From Ostreococcus lucimarinus (Eukaryota): a stretch of 64,000 nucleotides of DNA. Of this stretch, positions 1 to 9,148 are shown piece by piece. The DNA lies in assembly GCA_000092065.1 (NCBI GenBank), contig CP000584.1. One strand, 5' to 3'. Every line of letters starts with the position of its first letter. The stretch's first letter is position 1. A program made the position numbers and the translations under genes. The notes beneath the pieces were generated by a model. That model did not search any database and was not told where the DNA came from. It saw nothing but the letters and a program-made list of their open reading frames with translations.

Positions 1-780
1 TACGCAAGACAGCCAAGACGTCGGACATCGGCACGCCTTGCTTGTTCAACATCACCATTGAGTGATAGAGCACGTCCGCCATTTCGTTCGTCGCCGCTTC
101 CTTGCCTTCGTTTTCCTCCCACGTCTGGCACAACTCTCCCGCTTCTTCGCGAATCTTCTTACACAACAGCTCGGGGTTATCCAACAGCCTTCGAGTCCAC
201 GAGGGCTTGACGTCGTCCGCCACAGCCTCCACCCTTCGCGCCTCAATCGTCGCCTCCAACTCATACAACGTCGTCAGCGCCTCCTCCGCCGCGTGTCGAC
301 CCCCATCGACCTTCGCCGCCGCTCCATCCCTTCCATCGACCCGCTTATAGTAACACGTGTGCGCGCCCGTGTGACACGTCGGCCCCGTCGGGACGCCCAA
401 ATAAATCAAACTATCCCGGTCGCAGTCCACGTGCACGGATTCAACGCCGATGAAATTACCGCTCGTCTCTCCCTTGCACCACAGTTCCGAGCGACTGCGG
501 CTCCAGAACGTCGCCTTGCGATTCCGAAGCGTGTACGCCACCGCGTCCCGGCTCGCGAAGCCCTGCATCAAGATAGCGCCCGTGTCCACGTCCTGCGCGA
601 TCGCGCACACCAGCCCTTTATCGTCGTACTTCAGCGAGTCCAGGAACGCGTTCAACTGCGTCTCGTCGACCGCGACGTCCGCGCCGAGCGCGATCGCGCG
701 ACGAGCGTTCGCGCGCGCGACGACGCGCGCGCGCGTCGAGCCGCCGAACGCTGGTTGACGCGCGCGCGCGCCGCGCGGCA
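1..780 (-). CDS. hisIE: Histidine biosynthesis bifunctional protein HisIE (phosphoribosyl-AMP cyclohydrolase / phosphoribosyl-ATP pyrophosphatase); 3' end runs off the window start; R/A-rich N-terminal presequence
   Basis: Minus-strand translation read by eye: ...LKYDDKGLVCAIAQDVDTGAILMQGF...DCDRDSLIYLGVPTGPTCHTGAHTCYYKRV (HisI zinc motif) then LLDNPELLCKKIREEAGELCQTWEENEGKEAATNEMADVLYHSMVMLNKQGV (HisE). ATG is the reverse complement of 778-780. There is no stop in the window, so the ORF track does not list it. Confidence 0.85.
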
Positions 781-809
781 TCGCCCGCGTCGGGGCGAGC
801 GCGCGCGTC

Positions 810-1640
810 ATGATCGTGACCTCGCGCGCGCGCGCGTCCGAGCGACGAAGCGAGACGTCGAGCGCGCGCGACGCGACGCGCGTGCGTGCGTCGGGCTTTG
901 TCGGGACGCGCCGCGACGTGACTTTACGACGCGCGCGCGCGATGCTTCGCGCGGCGCTCCGCGCGCGCGCGGTGCGACTTCGCGCGCTCGATCGCGCGTC
1001 CATCGCCGATCGCGCGCGTCGCGAAGACGGTCGCGCGCGTCGGCAGCGCGCGCCGAGGCGTCGTCCGCGAGTCGTCGCTTTTTCGACCGGCGAGCGCGCG
1101 AGCGAGGAGAGCGTCGACGAGGCGCGCATGCGGCGCGCTTTGGCGCTCGCCCTCGACGCTGGGTCGCAGGGCGAAGTGCCGATCGCGGCCGTGCTCGTGG
1201 ACGCGACGACGGGGGAGGTGGTGGCGGAGGCGGCGAATCGCTGCGAGCGGGACGGCGACCCGACGGCGCACGCGGAGATGCTATTGATACGACTGGGCGC
1301 GGAAAAACTCGGAGGATGGCGACATTTGAAGCGCACGAGAATGTATGTGACGCTAGAGCCGTGCGCGATGTGTGCGGGGGCGATATTGCAGAGTAGAGTG
1401 GGAGGGGTGACGTACGGGGCGCGAAACGCGCTGCTCGGCGCGGATGGAAGCTGGGCGGCGCTGCTGCGAAACGAGGATGTGGGAGGAAGCGAGCGGGCGC
1501 CTGTGCGCGCGCATCCGTTCACGCCGGACTTGGACGTAAAGGGAGGCGTGCTCGCAGAGGAGACGGGGGAGGCGATGCGAGAATTTTTTAGGCGACGGCG
1601 AACGCTCGGCGCGTACGACGGCGAAACCGCGTCGAGCTGA
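810..1640 (+). CDS. TADA: tRNA-specific adenosine deaminase (TadA/CDA-fold zinc deaminase), long R/A-rich N-terminal extension suggesting organellar targeting
   Basis: ORF 810..1640 contains HAEMLLIRLG ... PCAMCAGAI (H-x-E and PC-x2-C zinc ligands) plus the TadA-like VPIAAVLVD core. The first ATG is at 810, but the true start could be an internal Met. Confidence 0.85.
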   Translation: MIVTSRARASERRSETSSARDATRVRASGFVGTRRDVTLRRARAMLRAALRARAVRLRALDRASIADRARREDGRARRQRAPRRRPRVVAFSTGERASEESVDEARMRRALALALDAGSQGEVPIAAVLVDATTGEVVAEAANRCERDGDPTAHAEMLLIRLGAEKLGGWRHLKRTRMYVTLEPCAMCAGAILQSRVGGVTYGARNALLGADGSWAALLRNEDVGGSERAPVRAHPFTPDLDVKGGVLAEETGEAMREFFRRRRTLGAYDGETASS

Positions 1641-1711
1641 CTTTGTTTGTGTATTGTTGTACACAAGTTTGTGTAGTGTATTGTATTGTAGCATTGCTCT
1701 AATCATATCAT

Positions 1712-4078
1712 CTATCGCGCGCCCGCGTACTCGTCGTCATCGTTGTCGTCGTCGTCGATATAATCGTCGTCGTCATCGTCGTCGTCGATGAATTTGTCGC
1801 GAATGCGCATCGAGCCGCCGCGCAAATCTGAAGACACTTCGTCGACGGGCTCTCGCGCGTCGTCGTCGTCGTCGTCGTCATCGTCGTCGTCGTCGTCGCC
1901 GTCCAAGTCTTCGTTCGCGAGAGGTAGGACATCATCAGAGAAGAGCTCATCTTCGTCATCATCGTAATCATCGGTGTCAGCGTCACTCACCAACCGAGCC
2001 TCCAAGCGCTTCGTGTACTCGATATTCGTGCCGGCGTCGTCTACGCCCGCTTCGAGCATGTCAATTTCGTACTGCGTGAGATCTCGCTTTCCCCCCGCGG
2101 TTGCCCTGTTGATCATCTCTTCGATCTCTTTCTTACTGAGTTTTTTATCTTCGTCGTCGTCTTTGAATCGCGGCACAACCTTGCGTCCGGCGTCGAGGCA
2201 CGCCTCCTCCCACGTTTCCCCGGCGTACACGTTGATGGGCGAGCCAAACGGATGCGGGTGGCGACCGAGCATCAGCAATAAGTCTTGCCTCGTGGGCATG
2301 ACTTCCAATGGGTACCTAAACCTCCACCATTTGCTTCGAGTATCGGTGACTTTGACTTCAAGCTCGGTGCCGACAGTGATGTGGTCGCGCATGGTCATCC
2401 AATCCGTCTCGTTGATTGGCAGCAACGCGTCGATTTCGGTGCCGCAGTCCACTAAAGCGCCGTGATATAAATCCATCGCGACGACCTTACCCTTCAACAC
2501 TTGATCAAGTTCAATCGTGTGGTGCATCTGTCGCGATACATCTCCAAAGTGTCTCGTGGGATCTCGGTCAACCGAGTCCACGTCCGTTTCTCGCGCTTCG
2601 GCCAAATGTCTCGTGTTCAGCGCGCGTTCGCGCATCCACGTGTTTTGTCCGCTCTCTATTTCTTCGTTTTGTACGCCGACGTAGGAAAGCGATGCGCCAT
2701 CGAACGCGCTCACGGCTTCATGCTGCGGCAGCGCGTCCCAGCCACCGTCACTCAACCATTCATCGTCGTCAAAGTCGTCCTCTGCGTCGTGACGCGATAC
2801 GAGTCGCCAATTTCCGTCGCCTTGCGCTCGTCTGGGATTGATTAAGAATGGAGCCTCTGGCGAGCCATCTTGATGAATTCGGTTGAGTTGAGATTCATCC
2901 AAGCCTTCATCTTCCTCATCTTTCTTGTCTTGGGCGGTCTCCATGCGTTCTTGCGCCTCTTCCTCTTCGAGCGCTTCGTCGAGGCGCTCCATCGCGAGCG
3001 TCAGCGGCTCCTCGTCCATATCCATCTCGCTCATTAAATCCCCTTCATCGTAGAAGATGTCTTCCTCGATGAAGTGCGTCGCGCTTCTTTCCGCGAAATC
3101 TTCCGCGACGAGCTCATCGATCTTGCTCTGTTTCCTCGCGCAATCGACTTCGTATCGCGCTTGCTCGGCGACGGTCATGTTGTTAAACTCTTCGCAACGC
3201 TCGTCGTACCACGCCACGATGTGTTCCTCGTCGACATCCGTGCGTTCGCTCAACTCGGCGATCTCTTTTCGCGTCGGTGGGTACGTTTGCATGTTTTTCA
3301 CTCGCAGCCACCAGTTAAGTTGACAGACATAAAGCGCCCGCCCCCGCAAAGCGCCCGCCTCGTCGGTGAAGTGTCGCGACGCCGACTTTGGCACCTCGCG
3401 CTTGATGTTTTCGTCACCCAATTCCTTCTTTTCGCGTGCGATGTGATCGATGACCCCGAAATCGTCGTCATCATCATCGTCGTCGTCGTAATCGTCGTAA
3501 TCGAGCAACAAATCGTCGTCGTCGTCGTCGTCAAACAACGACGCGACTTCGTCCGCGTCCCGGACGAACCCCGCCCCCGCGTCGTCGTCGTCGTACATCG
3601 ACCTCGCGAACCCTCCCGCGAGGACGTCCTCCTCCTCGTCCTCCTCCTCATCCTCATCCTCGTCATCGTCGTCCGCATCGCGCGCGTCCTCGTCTTCGTC
3701 GTAAAATCCCTCCGACCCGTCCTCCTCGTCCTCCGCGTCGTCGTCGTCGCCCGCGTCGTCGCCGCGCGTCGCCGCCGTCGTCACCTCCCGCGCCTCTCGC
3801 CCGCGCCTCGTCGTCCTCGCGCCGACGCGCATCGCGCGCGCGCGCATCACCGGCGTCTCCATCGTCGTCGCGCGCTCGCGCGCCATCGCGCCGCCGTCGT
3901 CGCGCGTCGCGCGCGCGTCCGCCGCCGCCGCCGCGAACCCGTCCCGTCGCGAATCCATCGCGTCGCGTCGCGTCGTCGCGCGTCGTCGTCGCGCCGGCGC
4001 GCGCCCAGACGCCGCGCGGGCATCGCGCCGCGCCGTCGCGACGCGCGCGGGCGCGCGCGCCGTCGCGCGCGCGCGCAT
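1712..4078 (-). CDS. S1 RNA-binding-domain protein with Asp/Glu-rich tracts and an R/A-rich presequence (possibly pTAC10/PAP3-like plastid protein)
   Basis: Part of ORF 1712..4129; the first ATG is at 4078. The S1-like segment is KGKVVAMDLYHGALVDCGTEIDALLPINE. Long poly-D/E runs are encoded by GTC/GAC triplet repeats. Codon usage is typical of neighbouring genes. Any pTAC10 identity is a guess. Confidence 0.55.
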   Translation of the reverse strand: MRARATARAPARVATARRDARAASGRAPARRRRATTRRDAMDSRRDGFAAAAADARATRDDGGAMARERATTMETPVMRARAMRVGARTTRRGREAREVTTAATRGDDAGDDDDAEDEEDGSEGFYDEDEDARDADDDDEDEDEEEDEEEDVLAGGFARSMYDDDDAGAGFVRDADEVASLFDDDDDDDLLLDYDDYDDDDDDDDDFGVIDHIAREKKELGDENIKREVPKSASRHFTDEAGALRGRALYVCQLNWWLRVKNMQTYPPTRKEIAELSERTDVDEEHIVAWYDERCEEFNNMTVAEQARYEVDCARKQSKIDELVAEDFAERSATHFIEEDIFYDEGDLMSEMDMDEEPLTLAMERLDEALEEEEAQERMETAQDKKDEEDEGLDESQLNRIHQDGSPEAPFLINPRRAQGDGNWRLVSRHDAEDDFDDDEWLSDGGWDALPQHEAVSAFDGASLSYVGVQNEEIESGQNTWMRERALNTRHLAEARETDVDSVDRDPTRHFGDVSRQMHHTIELDQVLKGKVVAMDLYHGALVDCGTEIDALLPINETDWMTMRDHITVGTELEVKVTDTRSKWWRFRYPLEVMPTRQDLLLMLGRHPHPFGSPINVYAGETWEEACLDAGRKVVPRFKDDDEDKKLSKKEIEEMINRATAGGKRDLTQYEIDMLEAGVDDAGTNIEYTKRLEARLVSDADTDDYDDDEDELFSDDVLPLANEDLDGDDDDDDDDDDDDDAREPVDEVSSDLRGGSMRIRDKFIDDDDDDDDYIDDDDNDDDEYAGAR

Positions 4079-4260
4079 GCCGACGCGTCGCGGTGTGACG
4101 CCGCCGCGGTTAGGGTTCGGCGTCCACACGTTTATCGCGACGGGTCGTTATTTTTACATCGTCCAAACGTGCGCTCGAATGCGGCGCGAGACGCCGACCG
4201 GGGAATGGCGATCGGCGCGGATTCGCGCGCGCCGCACACGCGCGCGCGTCCGAGATCGAC

Positions 4261-5109
4261 ATGCGCGCGACGCCGATCGCGAGAATCATCGCGCCCGCGC
4301 GCTCGCGATCGAGCGCGACGCGCGCGAGCGGTCGAGGACGGCGCGGAACGACGCGAATCGTCGCGAAGGCGTCGAATTCGAGTCGCGGGATCGATCCGGG
4401 CGTCGTCGCGCCCACGCTCGAGCACCGAGGCGACGAGTGCGAGGTCGCGGATGATGTATTGCGCGTCGTCGTGTCGAACGACGACGCGAGCGCGCGCGCG
4501 AGGGGGCGGAGCGCGATCAAGCTGCGGGTGAAGTCGATCCCGGGGCTGCTGCGAAGCGTCGCGTGGGTGCTGCACGGATTGGATCTCGCGGCGCACGAGT
4601 GCGCGATCGCGACGGACGCGAACGGGGTCGTGGAGATGGCGTTTGAGTGCACCGAGCGCGCGGGGTCGAGCGGGACGCGAGAGCAGCAGATCGTGGATTG
4701 CGACTTGACGCGGGACAGGCTGTACGATTACCTGGCGCGGTGCGCGGACGGAGGGGCGGAGACGAACGAGGAGCGATTGGAGGAGGACGGGGTCGTCGTG
4801 GATAACACGAGAAACGAGGATTCGACGTACGTGAGCGTGCGAGTGGACGAGGCGGTGTCGAGCGCGATCTCGCTGTATCCGATCGGGAACACGTTCACGG
4901 GGAGCGGGTTGGTGGTTAAAAACGGGACGCTCAACAAGGGCGTGGACGCGTCCACGGGACGGGCCACGAAGACGTGGGAATTCGACGTCGTCAGGCAAGC
5001 GGATCGTAAGAAGTTAAATACCGATCAGTTGCAGCCGCTCATGTACACGCTCGCGCTCGTGTGCGCGCCGGGAAGCTTTGGACGATCGCACGCGTTTACG
5101 TCGCGGTGA
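4261..5109 (+). CDS. Hypothetical protein (282 aa), unknown family
   Basis: ATG at 4261. The amino-acid composition is diverse and GC3 codon bias is high like the neighbours. The overlapping minus-strand ORF 4132..4998 is an Arg-rich antisense artefact. Confidence 0.5.
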   Translation: MRATPIARIIAPARSRSSATRASGRGRRGTTRIVAKASNSSRGIDPGVVAPTLEHRGDECEVADDVLRVVVSNDDASARARGRSAIKLRVKSIPGLLRSVAWVLHGLDLAAHECAIATDANGVVEMAFECTERAGSSGTREQQIVDCDLTRDRLYDYLARCADGGAETNEERLEEDGVVVDNTRNEDSTYVSVRVDEAVSSAISLYPIGNTFTGSGLVVKNGTLNKGVDASTGRATKTWEFDVVRQADRKKLNTDQLQPLMYTLALVCAPGSFGRSHAFTSR

Positions 5110-5177
5110 AGAAATTTTCGAGCGAGCGCCGTGAATATTAATATGACTGCTATGTATCGTCGCATCCGTCGCGTCCC

Positions 5178-6399
5178 TCACATCGAGTTCAGCGCCGCGC
5201 CTAAAGGCCACGCCGCCTCCACGGGCTTGCCTTGGTATTCGATCTGCTTGACGAGCGTGAAATCCCGCCATCCGTGTCTGCCGAAGCCGACGTTGAGCAA
5301 GGCGTAGGCAAACGTGAGGTCCATGCAAAGAAACGGGGCGTCCTTCGGCTCGACGCCGTGATACTTGGTCGTGACTTCCGCTACGCTGACACCGCACGCC
5401 TTCTCCGCGGCCGCCTTAAAGTCGTTCACGGCGGCGCGTCCATCGATTTCGTCGTCGGTGACGATGCCGACGTTCACCGCGCGATCCCACAAATAACTCG
5501 ACATGTACACGCGCTTGCTTCCCGCCCCCGGTTCGCCGCCCCACGCACCGTCAAAGGAGCACTGCTTCGGTCGTTCGCACTCTTTGTCCACGCCGAGCGC
5601 GGCCACGGCGACGTCGTAACACGACGCGTGATCGCTCCCAGAATCGCGCGCCGACGCTTTGTACGTTTTCCCGGCGTATTCGTACACGCCGTCGTATCCC
5701 GCGTGCACGCACGGTGATCCACCTCGCTCTTCCGCTTGCGCCAAAACCGCCGCGCGCGCGGCCATCAAACCGTGCCCGAGGTGCGAACGCGTGTACACGT
5801 CGAACGAGTGCCCGAGAGCTTTCAGTTTTGTAATGTACCCATCCGGCGCGTTCGCGACGCTCTCCGGAGGCACTTGGTACGCCAATTGCACCGATCCACC
5901 GCCTAAATCCACGGCCGCCACCGTCTGCACGTCGCCGTCGTGATCGGCACCTCCGTTCGCGAGATTGCCGAGCAAGTAATTCATCGTCAACCACTGATAC
6001 GCGCCCTCGTCCGCGCCGTCCATGATGGAGACGCTCTCGTCGTCAAACTTGAACGGATACTCCTTGAGCAACTTTTTACACTCCGCGAGAATATCGCTCG
6101 ACGCGTCCCCCGGAAGCAAACGCAAGCCCGCGGTCGCGCGCAACTCCACGCTCGTCTCCGCGCGATCCGCCGCCGGCACGGCGTTCATCGCCGTCGTCAT
6201 CAACGTTCGCAAGCTCTCCGCCGCCGCCTTCGGATCGCTCGCGCGCGCGCTCAGCCCCGGCTTCACCGCCTCGAAGTGATCGTCCAACAGCTTCAACCCT
6301 CGCCCCGCGCGCTCGAACGCGAACACGTGCGCGCGACTCCCCGTGCTCCCCGCGTCGAGCACCACCGCGTACCGCCGCGTCGCCTCCGCCGCGTCCTCC

Positions 6400-6431
<32 letters not shown>

Positions 6432-6722
6432 CCCCTTCCTCTCGCGCAGCACCCTATCGTAATCCACCGCGCGCGCCCTCGCGCGCCCGAGCCCCTCGTC
6501 CCCGTCTCTCGCCATCGCCAGCGCGCTCGCCGCGCCCGCGTCGCCGCCGAACCGTCTCGCGCCCCGTCCCTCTCGCCCCCCCCTTCCCCGCGTCGACCCA
6601 TTCGCGTTCTCCCCGAACGCGCTCAGCGCCAGCAGCACCGTCACCGGCACCGCCACCAGCGCCAACGACGCTCGACCGCGACTCGCGCGCGCGTCCCGTC
6701 CCGTCCCCCGTCGCGTCGCCAT
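5178..6722 (-). CDS. Apyrase / nucleoside tri- and diphosphatase (GDA1/CD39 family) with N-terminal membrane anchor
   Basis: Apyrase conserved regions are visible: VLDAGSTGSRAHVF (ACR1), ATAGLRLL (ACR2), DGADEGAYQWLTMNY (ACR3) and DLGGGSVQLAY (ACR4). The N-terminal hydrophobic stretch is LALVAVPVTVLLALSAF, followed by a poly-Thr stalk. Confidence 0.85.
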
Positions 6723-7169
6723 CGCGTCGCGATGACTCTATGAGCCCGATCGATCGTCCGTCGCGTCGCGAACGGCGAACGGCCCCGTCGACGCGCGCGC
6801 GCCCGATCGACCGCGACCGCGCGCGCGTCGTCCTCGCGCGTCGCGCGCCGCGTCGCGCGCGCGGCGTCGCGCGGTGCCGATCGATCGTCGATCGCGCGCG
6901 CGCCGCGACGCGCGGACGCGGCGACCGACCGACCGACCGACCGGGCGTCCGAGTATCGCACTGTTTACCCACACGAACGCGAATATCGAAAAAATCGCCA
7001 TCGATCCTTAAATACATGGACTTACACGCACACACAATGCGCGTCGACTCGCGATCGCGCGGCATAAAAACACCGCGCGCGCGCGACCGATCGACCGACC
7101 GACGCGACGACGATTCGATCGGATCGAATGCATCGAATGCGTCGGCGCTGTGCGACGCGCGCGTCGACG

Positions 7170-8757
7170 ATGGAGACGGAGATGGAGCAACCGCTGGCGA
7201 ACCTGGCGCGCGCGCAGGACGAGCTGCGGAACGCGCTGAGCGCGAACCTCGGGGAGCTGCGGAGCGCGCACGACGGCGTCGCGGCGGCGGCGGCGAACGC
7301 GCTCAGGGAGCGCCGGCGCGAGCGCGAGGAGAGTCGAACGGCGCTCGAGCGAGAGGCGAGCGAGCGCGCGCGGTTGGAGACGAAGCTGACGCAGTGCGAG
7401 ACGGCGCTGCGGGAGACGAAGGCGGCGCTGGGAGAGGCGCGGAGCGAGGCGAAGGAGGTGCGCGAGAACGACGGCGAGGCGAGGCGAGACGCGATTCGAA
7501 CGCGGACGAGACGCCGACGAGTCTGGAGAAGCGGCGAGGGACGGGGGGGGGGGTAGGATGTGGGATTTCATGGTTTGGGACGGTTTGGGACGGTTCGGGA
7601 CGGGGCGCGGAGGAAGGCGCGCGCGCGGAGGAAGGCGAGGGGGGGGGCGACGCGATCGCGGCGCGAGGGAGAGAAGGAGCGACTGACGAACGACGCGGCG
7701 CGCGACGAATCGATAGGCGAACCAACAATCCGCGCAAGAAATCCGAGATTTGACGCAAAAGCTTCAGTTGACGCTCGAAGAGAAGAAGAAGAACGAAGAC
7801 GCGCTGAAACAACACGGGCAAGAGCTCAAGCAGCAGCTGATCATCATGCAAACCAAGCTCGAACGGGCGGGGGAGATGGACAAGGTGAAGGAGGAGCAGT
7901 TCGCGCAACAAGAAAACCGGCATAAAGATACGGTTGAGGAGTTCAAGAAGGCTCAAACCGAGCTCAAGCTGCAGCTCCAGGACGCGCTGGCGAAGATTGA
8001 AGCCGAGCACAAGGGGATGAAGGTGCAAGAAGCCGAGGTGCTGAAGCAACGCGACGTCATCAACCGTCTCGAGGCGAAGAATGCGAGCTTGATCGCCGAG
8101 CTCGACAACACGCGCGCGCAGTGCGTGCAATGGCAACGCGAGACCGACATGGCGAAGGCTGAGATGCAACAAGCGCGAAGCGAAGCTGAAGCCGCCAAGG
8201 AGGAGCGCATGAAGGAGGAAAAGCATCGAGGCATCGCCGAGAACGAAACCGCGGACTCGCGCCGAAAGGCGGCCGAGGCCACGGCGCTCGCCGCGGACGA
8301 GAAGCAAACCAGAAAGCTCGCCGACCAAGCGTTGGAAGCTAAGCAGAACGAATTAAAGGATCTCAAGCACAAGGCGCAAATGATGGAGAAGGATTACAAG
8401 GAAATGCTCACCGATGAAAAGCAGGCTCGGGCGCAACTGGAAGAAAACTACGAGACCTTGAAGCAAGATTCGGTGAACTTGTACAACGCGTACACGAGCT
8501 CGAACCAGCAAATCGAAGAGTACCGCATCGCGCTCGAGCGCGAAGCGCAAGAAGCGGCTGCTCTGCACGCCGCGCTCGCCAAGCAAAAGGAGGACGCCGC
8601 TCGAGACGCCGTGCGCTCTCGAAGCACGCGCGTCATCGCCCCTCCCGCTGGCTTCTTGGGCGGTTCATCTCCGTCTCCTAAGCAAGACGGACGCCGCGGT
8701 GGCGCCCGCATCGGCGAAATGGACGATATCCGATCGCCGCCATCCTTCGCAGACTAG
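7170..8757 (+). CDS. Coiled-coil protein (K/E/Q-rich); proposed 2 exons join(7170..7457,7717..8757)
   Basis: Exon 1 is METEMEQPLANLARAQDELRN...ARSEAKE with a GTGCGC donor at 7458. An acceptor ...cgatag at 7716 restores the frame of ORF 7750..8757 (heptad-rich LTLEEKKKNEDALKQ...), which has no ATG until 7843. An alternative model is an independent gene starting at ATG 7843. Confidence 0.5.
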
Positions 8758-9148
8758 CGTTTCGACGCCGTTTCGCTCGCGAGCGTGAATATGAGCAGAC
8801 GCGCGCAGCAGTGTTTTATATCATGAAAGCATCTATTTCAGCGCGCTCGCCCACCATCGTCGTCGTCATCGCTTTCTCGCGCCCTTTTTTCGCTCGATAC
8901 ATCAAAACGCATCGATCGTTCGCCGCGACCGCGTCCGTCGCCTCGCCGCGTTTGAACAGAGGCGCGCTCGCCGCGACAACCGTCCTCAAACCACGCCGCA
9001 CGACGTCCGCGCGCGCGTCGTCGCCGCACCGCGTCATCGCGCGAACGACGCTCAACGCGCTGAACGCGATCGAACGCCGCGCACGGCGTCGCTCGACGTG
9101 CGCACGACGCAAACGTCGTCGAATCAGAGATCAACCAGAACGGACGTC

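Noticed and set aside
62-1396. 444-aa plus-strand ORF (and similar long ORFs such as 3074..4531, 5940..6743, 6740..7753, 9131..10798 minus, 20375..21592, 23206..24438, 23711..24622 minus, 47490..48290, 48039..49031 minus, and the first half of 51879..53285)
   Set aside because: Their translations are overwhelmingly Arg/Ala/Gly/Pro (RRRARRA...), typical of reading GC-rich DNA antisense or out of frame. Each overlaps a gene with a convincing conserved protein on the other strand or frame (HisIE/TadA, S1 protein, apyrase, Nup, CNOT9, membrane protein, GrpE).
1712-4078. Naming the S1-domain acidic protein as pTAC10/PAP3
   Set aside because: Only the S1-like motif and the acidic, plastid-targeted character support it, and I cannot recall a diagnostic pTAC10 signature to verify. 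I kept it as a generic S1-domain protein.
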